Positions 24,618-36,596 of a stretch of DNA of 64,000 bases are shown piece by piece. Below the pieces are notes generated by a model. The model was not told where the DNA came from. It was given only the letters and a program-made list of their open reading frames with translations, and did not search any database. The translations under genes were made by a program, and so were the position numbers. Origin of the DNA: Catajapyx aquilonaris (taxonomy: Eukaryota); the NCBI GenBank assembly GCA_000934665.2, contig KZ537957.1, forward strand, positions 124,001-188,000. The letters are read 5' to 3'. How positions within the stretch are numbered: the first letter of the stretch is position 1; the number at the start of each line of letters is the position of its first letter.

Positions 24618-25994
24618 ACTTACACACAATTCGTACTCATTGCCTAGTATTGGCAATTTAACTCCTTAGTTCCGTACAATGCATGGTTTCAAAGTAAGCC
24701 AATGAGCGAACCGGAATGGCAAACTCCTTCCAAGAAAAGTTGGAGGACACATTCGAGTCTCGACGGAATGGAAACGTGGTGCTGAAGAGGCGCTCCCATT
24801 CCAAAGGGAGACGTTTAAAGGACATTGCCGGCACCTAGGAGTTATCTCTATTCCCATGCTAGACATTCGGCTTCCAATTTCCACTATAGGACATTTGCAC
24901 GAAATTTAAGCTTGCGTTTCCTGCGAACTGTTAGCTGAAATGTAGGTGCTACTATTGCCTCTAGAGAGAGGGGTCGACGTTGGAATGCACAAACTTAGGG
25001 CGTTGTTTTTTTGGAGATTAGCTGGTTCAATATCAAGATTTGTGTTTTATTAAATCTGCAGTTTTTTTTTTGAGGATACAAGTCAACAAGTGTTAGTGGT
25101 GACTTAATGAGTCTTGGCAGACTCAGTCTTGGTTTCATTCGGGGAGGTCCCTTAGGAGAGCAGGTCCCTTCTTGTAGTCGTAATGAGGTCCTGGGCTGAA
25201 ACCAATCGAGGGCGTCGCCAGCCCCCCCCCCCTCTAAAATCGATCTGGGGGGGGGGGGGGGTCCAGGTGCGATTGGGAAGGATGTCTGATTCTATCCGCA
25301 CTGCCTTAGGGTCAGGGGCAGCAGAAACCGGACTTCCTTCCAAGCCTTCAGTACAATTCGCTTGGGAGTCAGCAGATACGTGCGTCGAATCCGATTACTT
25401 GCTGGCCCCTACTAATTTTTTTGGCACTTGCAATTACACGGGGAATTTATACGGGGGCGTTCCGGAAATAATTCAGCGTTTTAGGCGCAATTAGTGCATG
25501 CACTTGCAGGGGAGTCGCAACTGATGACTGATTTATGGGAGAGTATTATGACCTGCTGGGAACTTTTCAGAGGGGGAGGTGCATTTTCACGGTGTACGGC
25601 CAGTGATTCATAACAGGGTTGATTACGGTTTGCATTCCGGGTGAGGGAACTTTGGACGGGTGTTATTGGCATTGTTGGAGGTGAGAACCGGCCCTAAATA
25701 AGTGGGAAATGTGAATGGCGGAGCAACGTGTTATGGGAAATGTTTGTCAGACCTTTTCCGGACTAAGAATTTTGATTAGTAATATGCAATGTAGGCCTAC
25801 AACCTGTGTAATTGTGTGTTTGGTATATGACTATACTAGTATGGAATGGACGCAATGACTTATTCCATATACAGTTCTGATATAATTTGTGATATCTGAC
25901 CTCCCTAGGTATCACTACAGGTACACAAAGTCACTCAGGGTCGTGGAAGTGCCCTAATAGGACACGCATTGCTCACAACCTGCTTATTACAATA

Positions 25995-26134
25995 AGCCTC
26001 GCCCCGCAGGCTGTCTCACGACTGATCTACACATCCTAAAGCCTCCCCCGCTGCATCTACGCCATCTACGCCATCTATCAACAAAACTGCCAACTCGCAA
26101 ATAACCCCATCTTGTGGATGCGGGCGTGTCACAA
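25995..26134 (+). repeat. Dispersed repeat family F copy
   Basis: AGCCTCGCCCCGCAGGCTGTCTCACGACT...AGCCTCCCCCGC..CGCCATCT..CCATCTTGTGGAT..GTCACAA. Confidence 0.8.
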
Positions 26135-26160
26135 AGTAACTTGAACAAACGTACTGTACA

Positions 26161-26443
26161 TTTCAACAGTTTAAAGAGATTTGCGTAAGTACAGTGCCTA
26201 TTGGACCGTATTAGGTGAACTGCAAAATGTGGTGAAGCGGAGAATTTTATACCTCACTATTCGCCAATGGAAACTTTATTTGACACTCGATTGTTTTGGG
26301 AGTGAGCGTAATGCTATTGAAGCACAAAAACATCTTAACTTTTTGGGAGTTGTACAACTAGTAGTCCAGGAGGATTTGAGAGGAGCAAACTGTTCCAATG
26401 ATTTTGTGTAAACTTCTTTCGTTCGCCAACCGGAGGGATTGCA
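26161..26443 (-). pseudogene. Fossil fragment of a pogo/Tigger-type DDE transposase
   Basis: Minus-strand translation CNPSGWRTKEVYTKSLEQF, then after a frameshift VFVLQ*HYAHSQN...GIKFSASPHFAVHL...LFKLLK. This follows the order of the DDE_1 motifs sGWM..e.F..wl.hF, lLlLDgH.SH, lPPH.sH.lQPLD and FkplK. Confidence 0.55.
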
Positions 26444-27650
26444 ACTGTTCAAACTCGTCACTCGTATTACAAAAACAATAATGTCATCCCAGATGTCCTG
26501 GGACATTTTAATGGAATAATTTGGCTTTTAATATATACGTGTAGCTGTCTGTTGGCTTTTTATTCAACTGCATTATTATAGCCTTTGAAACGTTTATTTT
26601 GAAGCTAAAACGCTCTATCTTTCCAGAGAAAACGATGTGCTGGCCACTTACCGGTTATCGTGCTAGCGTGAGGAGAATGAGGAAATCTACACTGCTGCTA
26701 ATTAGAACGTACAGAGGTAACATTACTTATGAGTTAGAAGATTTATCTCTTGAAACGCGTTTTTACGAAAAGATTTCTCACTCCGAAAGTACATTTTGTC
26801 CCAACCCGTTTTCTTGGCGACTAATGCCTTCAACTCCCGCATACTTTTTGTCTCCCTTACTCTCCTGCCAAGATAGTAAATGTTGGCGACACCTTTGGGG
26901 ATTCTGTGCTCAGCTAGAGTGCGCCAGCTATTACTATCTTCAGGACTTCTCAGCGGCACGCTGTTGGAATAGGGGTTTTCGAGCTGAAAAGCAAATGTGT
27001 TAACACACGGAACAAAATGGCGGTCGACTAATGCTTCAGGCAGAACATGTCCTATTGAATTGTTCATATACATGATGTCAGAATTTTCAAAAAAAAAAAT
27101 CTAGTTAATATCCGGGAGTCTATGGCACGTGTTAGTCTCCTGAGCACTTAAAGGGCTTAAAATAGCAAGATATGGGCCAAGTTTTGGGTAAGACTGAAGG
27201 CAGTGTTCATGAATGAGATTCCAGGGAGGAAGTCCGTCGCTGGGAAACAATCTCGAGGAAATTAAACGCGTTTCCCATGGGGCATGAGTGGAATGGAAGA
27301 TCACATTGACTCTGGCATTCGGCCAACTCCAGCAGGAGCACATAAGAATCCCTAAAACCTTGTCCGTAGGGCTAACTCTTTGCAAACAGGGACGTTAATT
27401 CCGACTCTTGATTGCTTAGCAGGTACTTCGCAGATTCTATTGCCTGGTATTGGATCACGACTTTGCGATAGCCTGGAGCAACGGAGCAGCAGCTAATAAT
27501 TTAAGAGGCTGGTCCCAAAAGGCTGCCATGTGATTGGTTCCAGGTACGGGTTACAGACCTGTTAATGGGCCTATTTGGAGATTTTCGCAATTCTTTTTGT
27601 ATATGAGATTTTGATAAAATTCTTCGTCTATAGGACGATGACACCGAAGA

Positions 27651-27750
27651 GCCGTCTCACGACTAGCCTACACCGCTTAAGCCTTCCACGACGTCCACCC
27701 CCGCCATCTGACGGTAAACAGCCCCATCTATAGGATGTGAGTGTCACAAT
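27651..27750 (+). repeat. Dispersed repeat family F copy, with MITE E inserted at its end
   Basis: GCCGTCTCACGACTAG...CGCCATCT...CCCCATCTATAGGAT..GTCACAAT. Confidence 0.7.
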
Positions 27751-27865
27751 CAAGGGCCGAACTCCGGTGTACACCTGTAGTGGTGCCCTTTGGTACTCTC
27801 CGGTACTCCTTAGGTACTCCTTGGTACTCCGGTGTACACTTTACAGTCGAGTGAGTAACCCCTTG
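27751..27865. mobile_element. MITE family E, copy 2
   Basis: CAAGGG...CCCCTTG ends. Perfect TSD GTCACAAT at 27743-27750 and 27866-27873. Shares ACTCCGGTGTACAC and GGTACTCC blocks with 11194-11331. Confidence 0.9.
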
Positions 27866-29226
27866 GTCACAATGGTTACCTAGAACGCCTCTGCCATATT
27901 TGCATATCGGCATGCCAATTTTTGGCAGCCTAATTAATGGCTGCTGAATAGCTCGTGGGCGTAACAAAAAATAAGTGCTCGAAATATTAATGACCCGTGC
28001 AATTTGCAGGCATATTGGTTGCTTCCAGCCTCAGCAAGATTCAACCTCGGAGTATGAGGAGCGAGAGTTGGAGTTTCGCTCAGGGGCAACCAAACTTGAA
28101 GCCGAGTTTGGTTTTTTCCCCGCCTCCCGGGGGCTCTTCCTCATCCTCGGTCCAAAGGAAGCTCTATATTGTGGAATCCTCTTCTCTCTCTAGGTTCGGT
28201 TTTTTTTTTTTCTTCTTTTTCTTTTTCTTGAAGGAGGTGGAAGGAGGGGGTAAAGAGTTCCTGCAGATTCGCATCGGAGGTTAGTTCGGATCGATGGAAG
28301 ATTTACGGAAGAATGCCCCGGACTCTGTCTTCGTCACTCATTGCTTCCACGCCCCTGCACCGTGGTTCTGGAAGGTGCGTGAGTGGATTACAAGCACTCC
28401 ACTCACGGACTCTCATCTTGTTCCATCAGGCCACAAATCCGCACGGAAATAGTTGCCTAATGACTTCTTGACTCGTCAGGGATCGCATGTTGGCGGAGGG
28501 AAAGTCACTCCTGGACCGACTTGAAGACTGCTATCAGATAGGCGTGCTAGGCTTTGGATGGCATATGCGAACAGTTGGTCCATGTCTTGGGAGCGAAAGC
28601 ACTCCAGGGATAGTCAGGCTTGAAAGGTGTGTCCTTGGGTTTATCCTGAGTTATTCGGCAATCCAAGAGCCTCTTTTGTGATGTGGGTTCGTCTGCTTTA
28701 CAGGCGGACTCATTTTACACACAGTGTACTCGTACTGTACGTAGTGGTGTTCATAACCATTATGTGAAATCTGAAACGTCACGTTGCATGGTAAGAAGAG
28801 TGAGATCCATATAATGTGACGTACATTTTTAAGGGTGGAGAGGGGCTTGTATAACATGCGTGTGGCTGACAAGGTGCGTGGTGTGTGGAGAGATGAAAAA
28901 AAATGAGAGGGGGATAAGACTAATTAACGTGACACGTGTACTGCGTTCATGTCTAACTTAAGGTTCTTTTTCATTTACACTACCTGGTTGTACTACATAT
29001 TTGGTTTAAAATATGCTTATGTTCTCAATAATTGCTGGCGAATCCGTCCTTCTCTGCAGAACACGTGCTGGATTTACAACTTTTGTGGGTGGATTTCTGT
29101 GTATTGCGTAACATTAATGAGGATATAAAACCATTTAGTGACATGCATTATGCATTAGAAAGTATTGGTTTAATCGGCTTCTAGGTTACTGGTACGGTTG
29201 GATTTGTAATAAGCATACTGTCAGTT

Positions 29227-29469
29227 GGATGGTGTTATGCAATAATGGGTCAACCCACAAAAAAGGTCAAAATCGCGTTAAGCCCAGGAACATACACCCA
29301 AAGTATACCGTAGTACTTAATTCAGTTAAAATCAAGCTGGCGAAATCTGCATACCTCTGCCCCAAATGACCGAAAATGACAGTGAATTAATTTCACAGGT
29401 ATGACCTTCAAAGTCATTTTCTCAAAACGCTTCTCACGTGGGTTGACTCATAATTGCATAACACCGTCC
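29227..29469. mobile_element. MITE with 32-bp TIRs and 4-bp TSD (Sola-like)
   Basis: GGATGGTGTTATGCAATAATGGGTCAACCCAC / GTGGGTTGACTCATAATTGCATAACACCGTCC, with AGTT on both flanks (29223-29226 and 29470-29473). Confidence 0.75.
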
Positions 29470-30403
29470 AGTTATACTGTTATAGGTTGTTCCCTTCCCC
29501 CTCATGCACGCGCTGTTTTTTGCGTAACTATGCGTGACTTTAAAAGATACGGGGGTTCAGAAAGAGTGGTTTACTGATGACCACTAACTACAATTTAACT
29601 AGCCTCTCTTTTCCCCCATTTCTTTGTTCCGAGAAATCCCCTAAAAACGATTTTGTCAGAATGGCTTTAAACAGATGCCAACAGTCCTTTGACTTGCACC
29701 GACAGCATCCATTAGTCAGGTTCTCCACCCCTCGAAAAAAAAAGTAGAAGCAGCCAAAGGGTAATCCCAGGTAGTTTATATCTTCTCCAAGTGCAAAGTC
29801 GGCCTATCCAACAAGATTTGACCCGTCATCTTGTGTCTTGCGACATAAATTGGTCAATTCCTAAGAGGAAAGGAAACAGGCTTTCGAGCCTTGCGAACTA
29901 GCCTTCAGTCAGTACAAGAGGTCGGAAATAGAGGTCGCCATTCTCTATTCCCGCCATCATTTTGCCTCTGACAAGGATAAAGAATTGTTCTTCCTCGGGA
30001 GAGAAAAGTAATCGCACGCCTTAGGGTCAGAAGGAGAGTGATTTAGGTTCGGACCAGAAGGCCCCCCGGTTGTTTTTCCTTCGATCGAATCCATCTTACT
30101 CTCTGATCTCGGAGAGTTTTTGGCCACCTCCTTTTTTTTTGGTGCCTACAACCCCAGAAATTTTGGGGATAAATCATATTGCACGGTGTTGCTGAATTGC
30201 GGTGGAAGTGTGTTACCGGTTGGATAGACCGTTTTGAAATAGTAAGCTGACTCATGCTGTGCTTGAGAAATGTAGCTGGTGCGCCAATGTGCTGTTGCCA
30301 TAGTTAATGATGATATTATATTTGTATAAATTGTAATGTTAGGTACTGGTGCATTGCACAATATCTGATTTCCATCTACATATTGTATGTACAGTATGTG
30401 CAC

Positions 30404-30910
30404 GTGTACACGTGGAATGAATGTGTGCACGTGGAATGAAGGTGTGCACGTGGAATGAAGGTGTGCACGTGGAAAGAAGGTGTGCACGTGGAAAGAAGGT
30501 GTGCACGTGGAATGAAGGTGTACACGTGGAATTAATATGTGCACGTGGAATGAAGGTGTACACGTGGAATGAATGTGTACACGTGGAATGAATGGAATGA
30601 ATGTGTACACGTGGAATGAATGTGTACACGTGGAATGAATGTGTACACGTGGAATGAATGTGTACACGTGGAATGAATGTGTACACGTGGAATTAAGGTG
30701 TACACGTGGAATTAAGGTGTACACGTGGAATTAAGGTGTACACGTGGAATTAAGGTGTACACGTGGAATTAAGGTGTACACGTGGAATGAAGGTGTACAC
30801 GTGGAATTAAGGTGTACACGTGGAATGAATGTGTACACGTAGAATGAAGGTGTACACGTGGAATGAATGTGTACACGTAGAATGAAGGTGTACACGTGGA
30901 ATGAAGGTGT
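30404..30910. repeat. Minisatellite, 19-bp unit GTGTACACGTGGAATGAA(T/G), about 26 copies
   Basis: Period-19 tandem array, with variant units (GTGCAC, GGAAAG, GGAATT) arranged in blocks. Confidence 0.98.
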
Positions 30911-32469
30911 GGTAATAGAGTCGCTCCAAGAAAACGTGAATGCGAAAATTCAATTTCAAGAATTTCAAATACGTGGACCGTTGCATATAGCTAGAAAGGC
31001 AGAAAAGAGAGCGACAATGCAGTTAAGATGCGCAGTGAAATATCCGCCGCCTGATATATCCTGGGCTGGAAGCTTGGGATCGATCACCTACACACCCTTT
31101 CCTTTTTCTCCTCCCCCATTCCCTCCTCCCCACTTCTTCCATCCCCAACACCTCGCTTTTCTCTGGAAGCGAAATAAATTAGTTTCGAGATGCAGTCCGC
31201 AGCAGCACCAACGAAGCAAAGGTCGAAATAGGAATCAAATTATGGCGTGCAACAGGGCAGAAGTACTGATCAGACGTTCTTTTTTTGTGGAGGTCTTCCC
31301 ACCAAAAAAAGAGGAAAATTCCAACCGTCTCAGTTACAAACGCAACTTAATTGGAAGGAGATGGAATTTGGGCAAAAGGATTGACTGCTGGCCCAGGAGA
31401 TGGATAGATTTTTTTTTGCTGACTATTCCCATAGCTGTAATCTAGGTTGTTGTTGGTCTAAATCAAACAGGGAGAGAAAATGAAAGGGGAGGAATTGAGT
31501 TTGAAACTATAGCAAAGAGGCACATTGTTATGCACAGAACTTTGCCTTTGTTGTTAAAAGCCGCTGCTGCAGACAACTAGTGAGTTACAACCTCTCCCTC
31601 GGCTAATTTGTTTTCGCACGCCGTTTTGTGAATGGTATCATCTTCCTTTCATTTCCTTTAAGCGCCAGGGCTTTTGTACGGTTCTGGTTGCTTGAGGTCT
31701 GTAACTGACTTTGCAGTCTGATACCAACCATTGTGCTCGGAATCTACTCGCTTTTTGGAATATATACAGTGGCTAGAAAAAAAAAGTGACGTAACATGGA
31801 AGTGCGAAGAAACGACTGCATAAAACAGAAGCTTTAAAGAGTAATAAGGTTCAGCCATGTTTTTGTAATGGAGTCTGCCAAAATCCGTTCGTTTGACACT
31901 TCCGAAAGTTCCGGTACCATCTACCCTGAATATTTGGTACAAAATAATGCTGTTGGTGGATGTAACAAGCTAGTTATCAATGCCATAGAATCAGATAAGA
32001 AACGGGTTCATTTGGGGAAAAGCACTGGGTATGTAAACCCACTAGTTACATTCCTAGGGGGCGACTTGCATTTTAAACAGGCGCATGATTAGTAACCCGC
32101 TGCCGACTTGATCAGTAGGCTTAAATTTGTTTGTAAGGGGAAAGCTTCCATTAGTGCAGTGACTGCTAGGGAGTTGCCAGATTTACTCGGCCTTCAACCG
32201 GGCCTAGTCCCCAAACCAGAGTTGATTTATGCAGTAAATTAGGGTGTCCAGTTTAGAGCCAAAACCATCGGTTAACCACCAACTTGAACGCGTCTGTCTC
32301 CTGAAAGCTAATGAAGTCAACAGTATGGGCACAAACTGGACAGTTTGGTCGGTTGCAACTGCCAGTTAAAATTAAAATCATTATTTTCAAAATTAGGCAA
32401 GGAATGATGTCACGACTAAAATTCTAGCTAATCTTTTCAAAACATATAGGTCAGACACGATGGTACCTA

Positions 32470-32684
32470 TTCAGGCTGGCTTTTTCCAGGTCTGTGGTGT
32501 AGTTCGTGTAAATTAATTGAGGTTGAGTTTAAGTCAAGCCTGGTGCAGGAAGCTGGCCTGGCAGTGAAACGCGGAGAGAACCACCAAATTCCATTCTCGT
32601 GGGAAATAAATCCTGACCGATCCCGAACGCAGGACCGCAGAGGTGAGAGACCGGGAGCTTAACCTCTGTAACCACTGCGCCCCC
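32470..32684 (-). mobile_element. Degenerate tRNA-derived SINE (second family)
   Basis: Minus strand begins GGGGGCGCAGTGGTTACAGAGGTTAAG (A-box-like), then a CTCTCAC loop and GCGTTCG (B-box-like), then a GTGGTTCTCTCCGCG body. 3' boundary uncertain. Confidence 0.5.
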
Positions 32685-33069
32685 TAACGGGTCTTATCTC
32701 TGTCGGGATTGCATGTCACTAACATCCAACACCAAGGGTAGGTGCCACTACTCGTTTTTTTTTTCTCCATCAACTAAACCTTTTATGAACTTAGGTGGAG
32801 TGATGTTGTATAAAAATGCTATTTTGCTGATATATCCACTTACTGCGTGCCATTTTGAAAAGCGATTTCTCTTTCAGAGATGCGATTTTTTGCAGCCAAA
32901 TTCGATAGTTTACATATTGCAGTGAAATATTGAAGGCATACAATAGAGGATGTTGACTGATTTTAGTTATATGTGCAAAACAAGGTTCAATTAATTAATA
33001 ACTGTTGGCTGTGGTATACACTACCTGTACCCACAAATTCATCAAAGTGAATGGATTCAAAACCGCACT

Positions 33070-33071
<2 letters not shown>

Positions 33072-33156
<85 letters not shown>
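33072..33156. repeat. (TAA)n microsatellite, about 28 units
   Basis: Perfect trinucleotide run. Confidence 0.99.
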
Positions 33157-34591
33157 CGTGATATTTATTTGAAGCACTCATATCGATTTGCCTATAAATT
33201 ACCGTAAATTGCATTTTTCTACGAATTGCCATAATATGTGGCGCTTTACAACAGTTCCTACCGTTCTGGCCAAGTCTTCGTGAGTCATTTGGTCGCTCGA
33301 TATATCATTGATTTTAGCCACGTGTGGTTATAAACTCCTTATGCTGAAATGATACATATCATATATTGGACTACTAATTATGGTAAGTAGAATCATGCTA
33401 AGTAGGTTAGTATGTGACCTGCATTACTTTTATGGCCGACCAATTGCTGCTATGCGTGAATTCACCTCATTATTTATATCATCATAAAGGTCAATCGAGA
33501 TGGAAAAGATATAGACGCCTTGAGCGACTTACAGTGCTTTCCTTCTGACAAATGACTGGAAAAAAATTCAGCATCGCTATATCCGGCCGAGGCTCATTAG
33601 AAGATGTTCTATTAGTCATGTACCTTACATGCAAGGCTAGATTAGATGAATGACTTTTTAGCAGAAGACGTGCGCTGTCGTCACTTGTCCGGGATTATTC
33701 AGGCGGATTGATAGTCTGCATGGGAAGGAAAGAGGATCCGGAATGGAACTGGGATGGAAAAGAGGGAGGGGAACCATCTAATTTGGACTTGCAGAAGAAG
33801 CATTTTCATGTCATTGAGTCCTTCAGACTTGTCTCAGTTCCAAGCCAGAGAACCAAATTGCTCTCTGTGTGCAGATGAAGAAAAATGTTCGTTCCTCTCG
33901 CTATTGGAAACTGTACATGTGCCGTCACACCCAACAATGAAACAGAAACACCAAAATAATGAGACACCTTTCGGACTCATACTGTATCGAGCCAACCCGC
34001 ATTGCTGCGAACTCCTGAAATTGAAATAATAAAAAAGTACAGTGCGTCCTTCCATGGTCCTTCCTGATCCCAAGTGGGTACAGTTTTCGACGGGAATGGA
34101 GGAAGGTAGAGTATGATTTACGTTTCGTCTGGTTCTCCCTCAGGTAGGGGAAGTACAAAGGCAAGAGTGGGGGGGAAAAGAATGAAAATTGCGTGAGGGA
34201 AAGCCCTTGCGATGGTCCCTAGGATCCCGTCGAATTCACTTTCCTGTTGGGGGGGGAAGTGTAGCAGGAAAACAAAATGGATGGTGGTCACGAGGAAATA
34301 ATTCGGGGATCTACGCCATGCAGGAATCGTAAAAGTCGGCCTTTTGCCAGCGGCGTCGGTCACGAACGTTGCCGATGAGCCGTGAAATTGATTGGAATCG
34401 TTCAAATATGTTGCTGGGTCATTTCAGTTCGGGAAATATCTGGGAGGGATGAAAAGTTTTTTTTTTTGTAGGGGAAAAAGTGTTGGAGAGGGGGGATTTT
34501 CATGTCAGAATGGTTTGGAAAATGATGTATTCTTAAGTACTAGCGCACCCGTAGCCAAAATTTGGCAAAACCCTCGGCCTGATGATTAAGT

Positions 34592-34668
34592 GCCGTGATC
34601 AGAATGTGGCAGCACTCACTTGGGGCCCTTCCATCTTTCCGCCGCGATCAGAAGGTGGCAGCACTCAC
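34592..34668. repeat. 28-bp direct repeat pair inside a probable DNA-transposon remnant
   Basis: GCCG(T/C)GATCAGAA(T/G)GTGGCAGCACTCAC at 34592 and 34641. A pogo-like end ...AATACGGTA lies near 34724. Confidence 0.7.
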
Positions 34669-36365
34669 CCCTTCCGGAGCGTTCCAGAGGCGAAAAAAGG
34701 CTATTATTATAGGTGGAATACGGTACTATACAGAGTTGATAGATTGTGAAAATATGTGACTGATTCACATATTTGGAATTTTTCATTGTTATTTTATTTC
34801 ATAATTCATATGATGGACAGTAAAGCCTTTTGGATGATAGTGTGACTATTCATTGTTGAAAAGGAGAATGATATAGCAAGGTGTGCAAAAAAATCGCAAT
34901 CTCAGATATCCCATCTCTTCAACATTGTGAACCACTTACTGTCGGAGTAACGCACTTTTGTGCTACCTCTTCCACCACCGTATAAAAAAAATTTCACGGA
35001 ACTTTTTGATTTCGCGGATTCCCCTCCGTATTATTGAATTTTGCTTGATGGAGCGCATGTAACTCCTGCTTCAAAAAGAGGTAGAAAAAAAATCGCAGGG
35101 TTTTCCGGATAAAAGCTAGAGTTGGGAGCAACTCCCTCGTCGCAGGCAAGTTTGAGGGTATTCCGAATAACCGTGAACTGAATGAAGCTTCTGGTGCACG
35201 CCGCGGTCGTATACCGCGATTTAGACCACCATTAAAATGCTACATTGGCTCTATACTTTGACGTAAGATGTGCTGGAATCGCAACCGGACTGTTTTAGAG
35301 GCAAGCTTCAGATTGCACTAAAAGGGAGGCCTATCGAGCCATTCTGAGCTAACTAACGGCCTCCTGACATTTTTACGGGCGCAGTTGTCGGTTATCTGGC
35401 CAAAGCGATTTTCACACTATCTGGTTGAAGGTAGTTTTTGAGGGGTTAAATCTGTCCTGGGAGAAGTCTATTGCCTATGGCAGAACCAGAATTTCAACCA
35501 GTTTGTTGCGTCAGAAGTAAACAATCAGGATGCTTGAATCGGATATATCAGATTTTCAAGGATGCAAATCCTGAGACTCACTTTAAAACCCGGTCCCTTC
35601 TCCTTTTTGGCCCTCTCTATATTCCCTCCTCATTCAGAGCAACCTTATCTTGGGGGGCGTAATGCATTCCTTCCCCGACGCGCCTGTCTTCATGGAACCG
35701 GCCATGAAAGTCAATCTCCACATGAAACCAACCTGAAAGACCTCTTCACTATAGTTGCCACAATCATAATGGAGAGAGAAAAATGTATGTAAAAAATTGA
35801 TTTGGATGTAAAAAAAAGTAAATGTCTTTTACAAATCTTACAACTTTAATCCCATTGGTCTGCCTTTCTTGCATTTACAAACAGGGTTGTGGTTAAGGGG
35901 AACGTCTCTCTCTTTATTAACATGCAGAAGCAGATGAAGGCAGATTCCCGAGGCTTACTCGACGAAGAGATGAGTTGCGGACGGCGGCAAAGGATTAGAA
36001 TAGACTTGAAATTCTTTCCTAATTCCAAATTGCTGGGTGAATGTATGCGTCGTCGAGTCTGTAGAGCTGTCTGTGGGCCAATCACGGGTTAATGCATCTC
36101 AAGCAGAAAGCTGGAAAGCTCCGGCAAGAAAAGGCGACATTGATGAAGATGGAGATTGGCTCCTCTGCTTCTGATTAAAATCCTCCACGCCAATTTTCAA
36201 GGGGGGAGGGGGAAGGGGGAAAGGTATTTTGTAACGGATGCTAAGTAGCTTGTGGAAACAAGGAAGAAAGGAGTTGAAATATTGGATGATACATTTGAAT
36301 ATCGAGGGATACACTGGGGAGTGGGGAGCGTGCGGGAGAGTGCGCCACTGTCACGCTCCATCTGT

Positions 36366-36596
36366 TGTGACGACCCTGGGGCTGCCCCGGGGCCAATCCC
36401 GTGCTAGGTCTACCAATAAAACACCTAGGTTCCATGTACACTGGTTTATTGGATCTATCCAGGTCACCACCTTAGTACAGACTCTCCTAACTCACTCGAC
36501 TCTGGTTACAAACGTCACTCTCCCCTGACCAAAGCCAGGGAGGCAGTACGCATGCCCCACCCACATCACATGACCTGTAGGGGGCAGGTCCTCACA
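36366..36596. mobile_element. Probable solo LTR (Gypsy-like)
   Basis: TG...CA ends with a 10-bp inverted repeat TGTGACGACC / GGTCCTCACA (9/10). 4-bp flanks CTGT / CTAT (3/4). Internal AATAAA on both strands. 231 bp long. Confidence 0.6.

Noticed and set aside
30146..30910. Long repetitive ORFs (192 aa and 115 aa) and CRISPR-like periodicity
   Set aside because: These are translations of a 19-bp tandem repeat. There are no unique spacers and no cas genes, and the context is eukaryotic.
32995..33177. Poly-Ile ORF (and the poly-Asn ORF at 51956-52198)
   Set aside because: Both are microsatellite translations.
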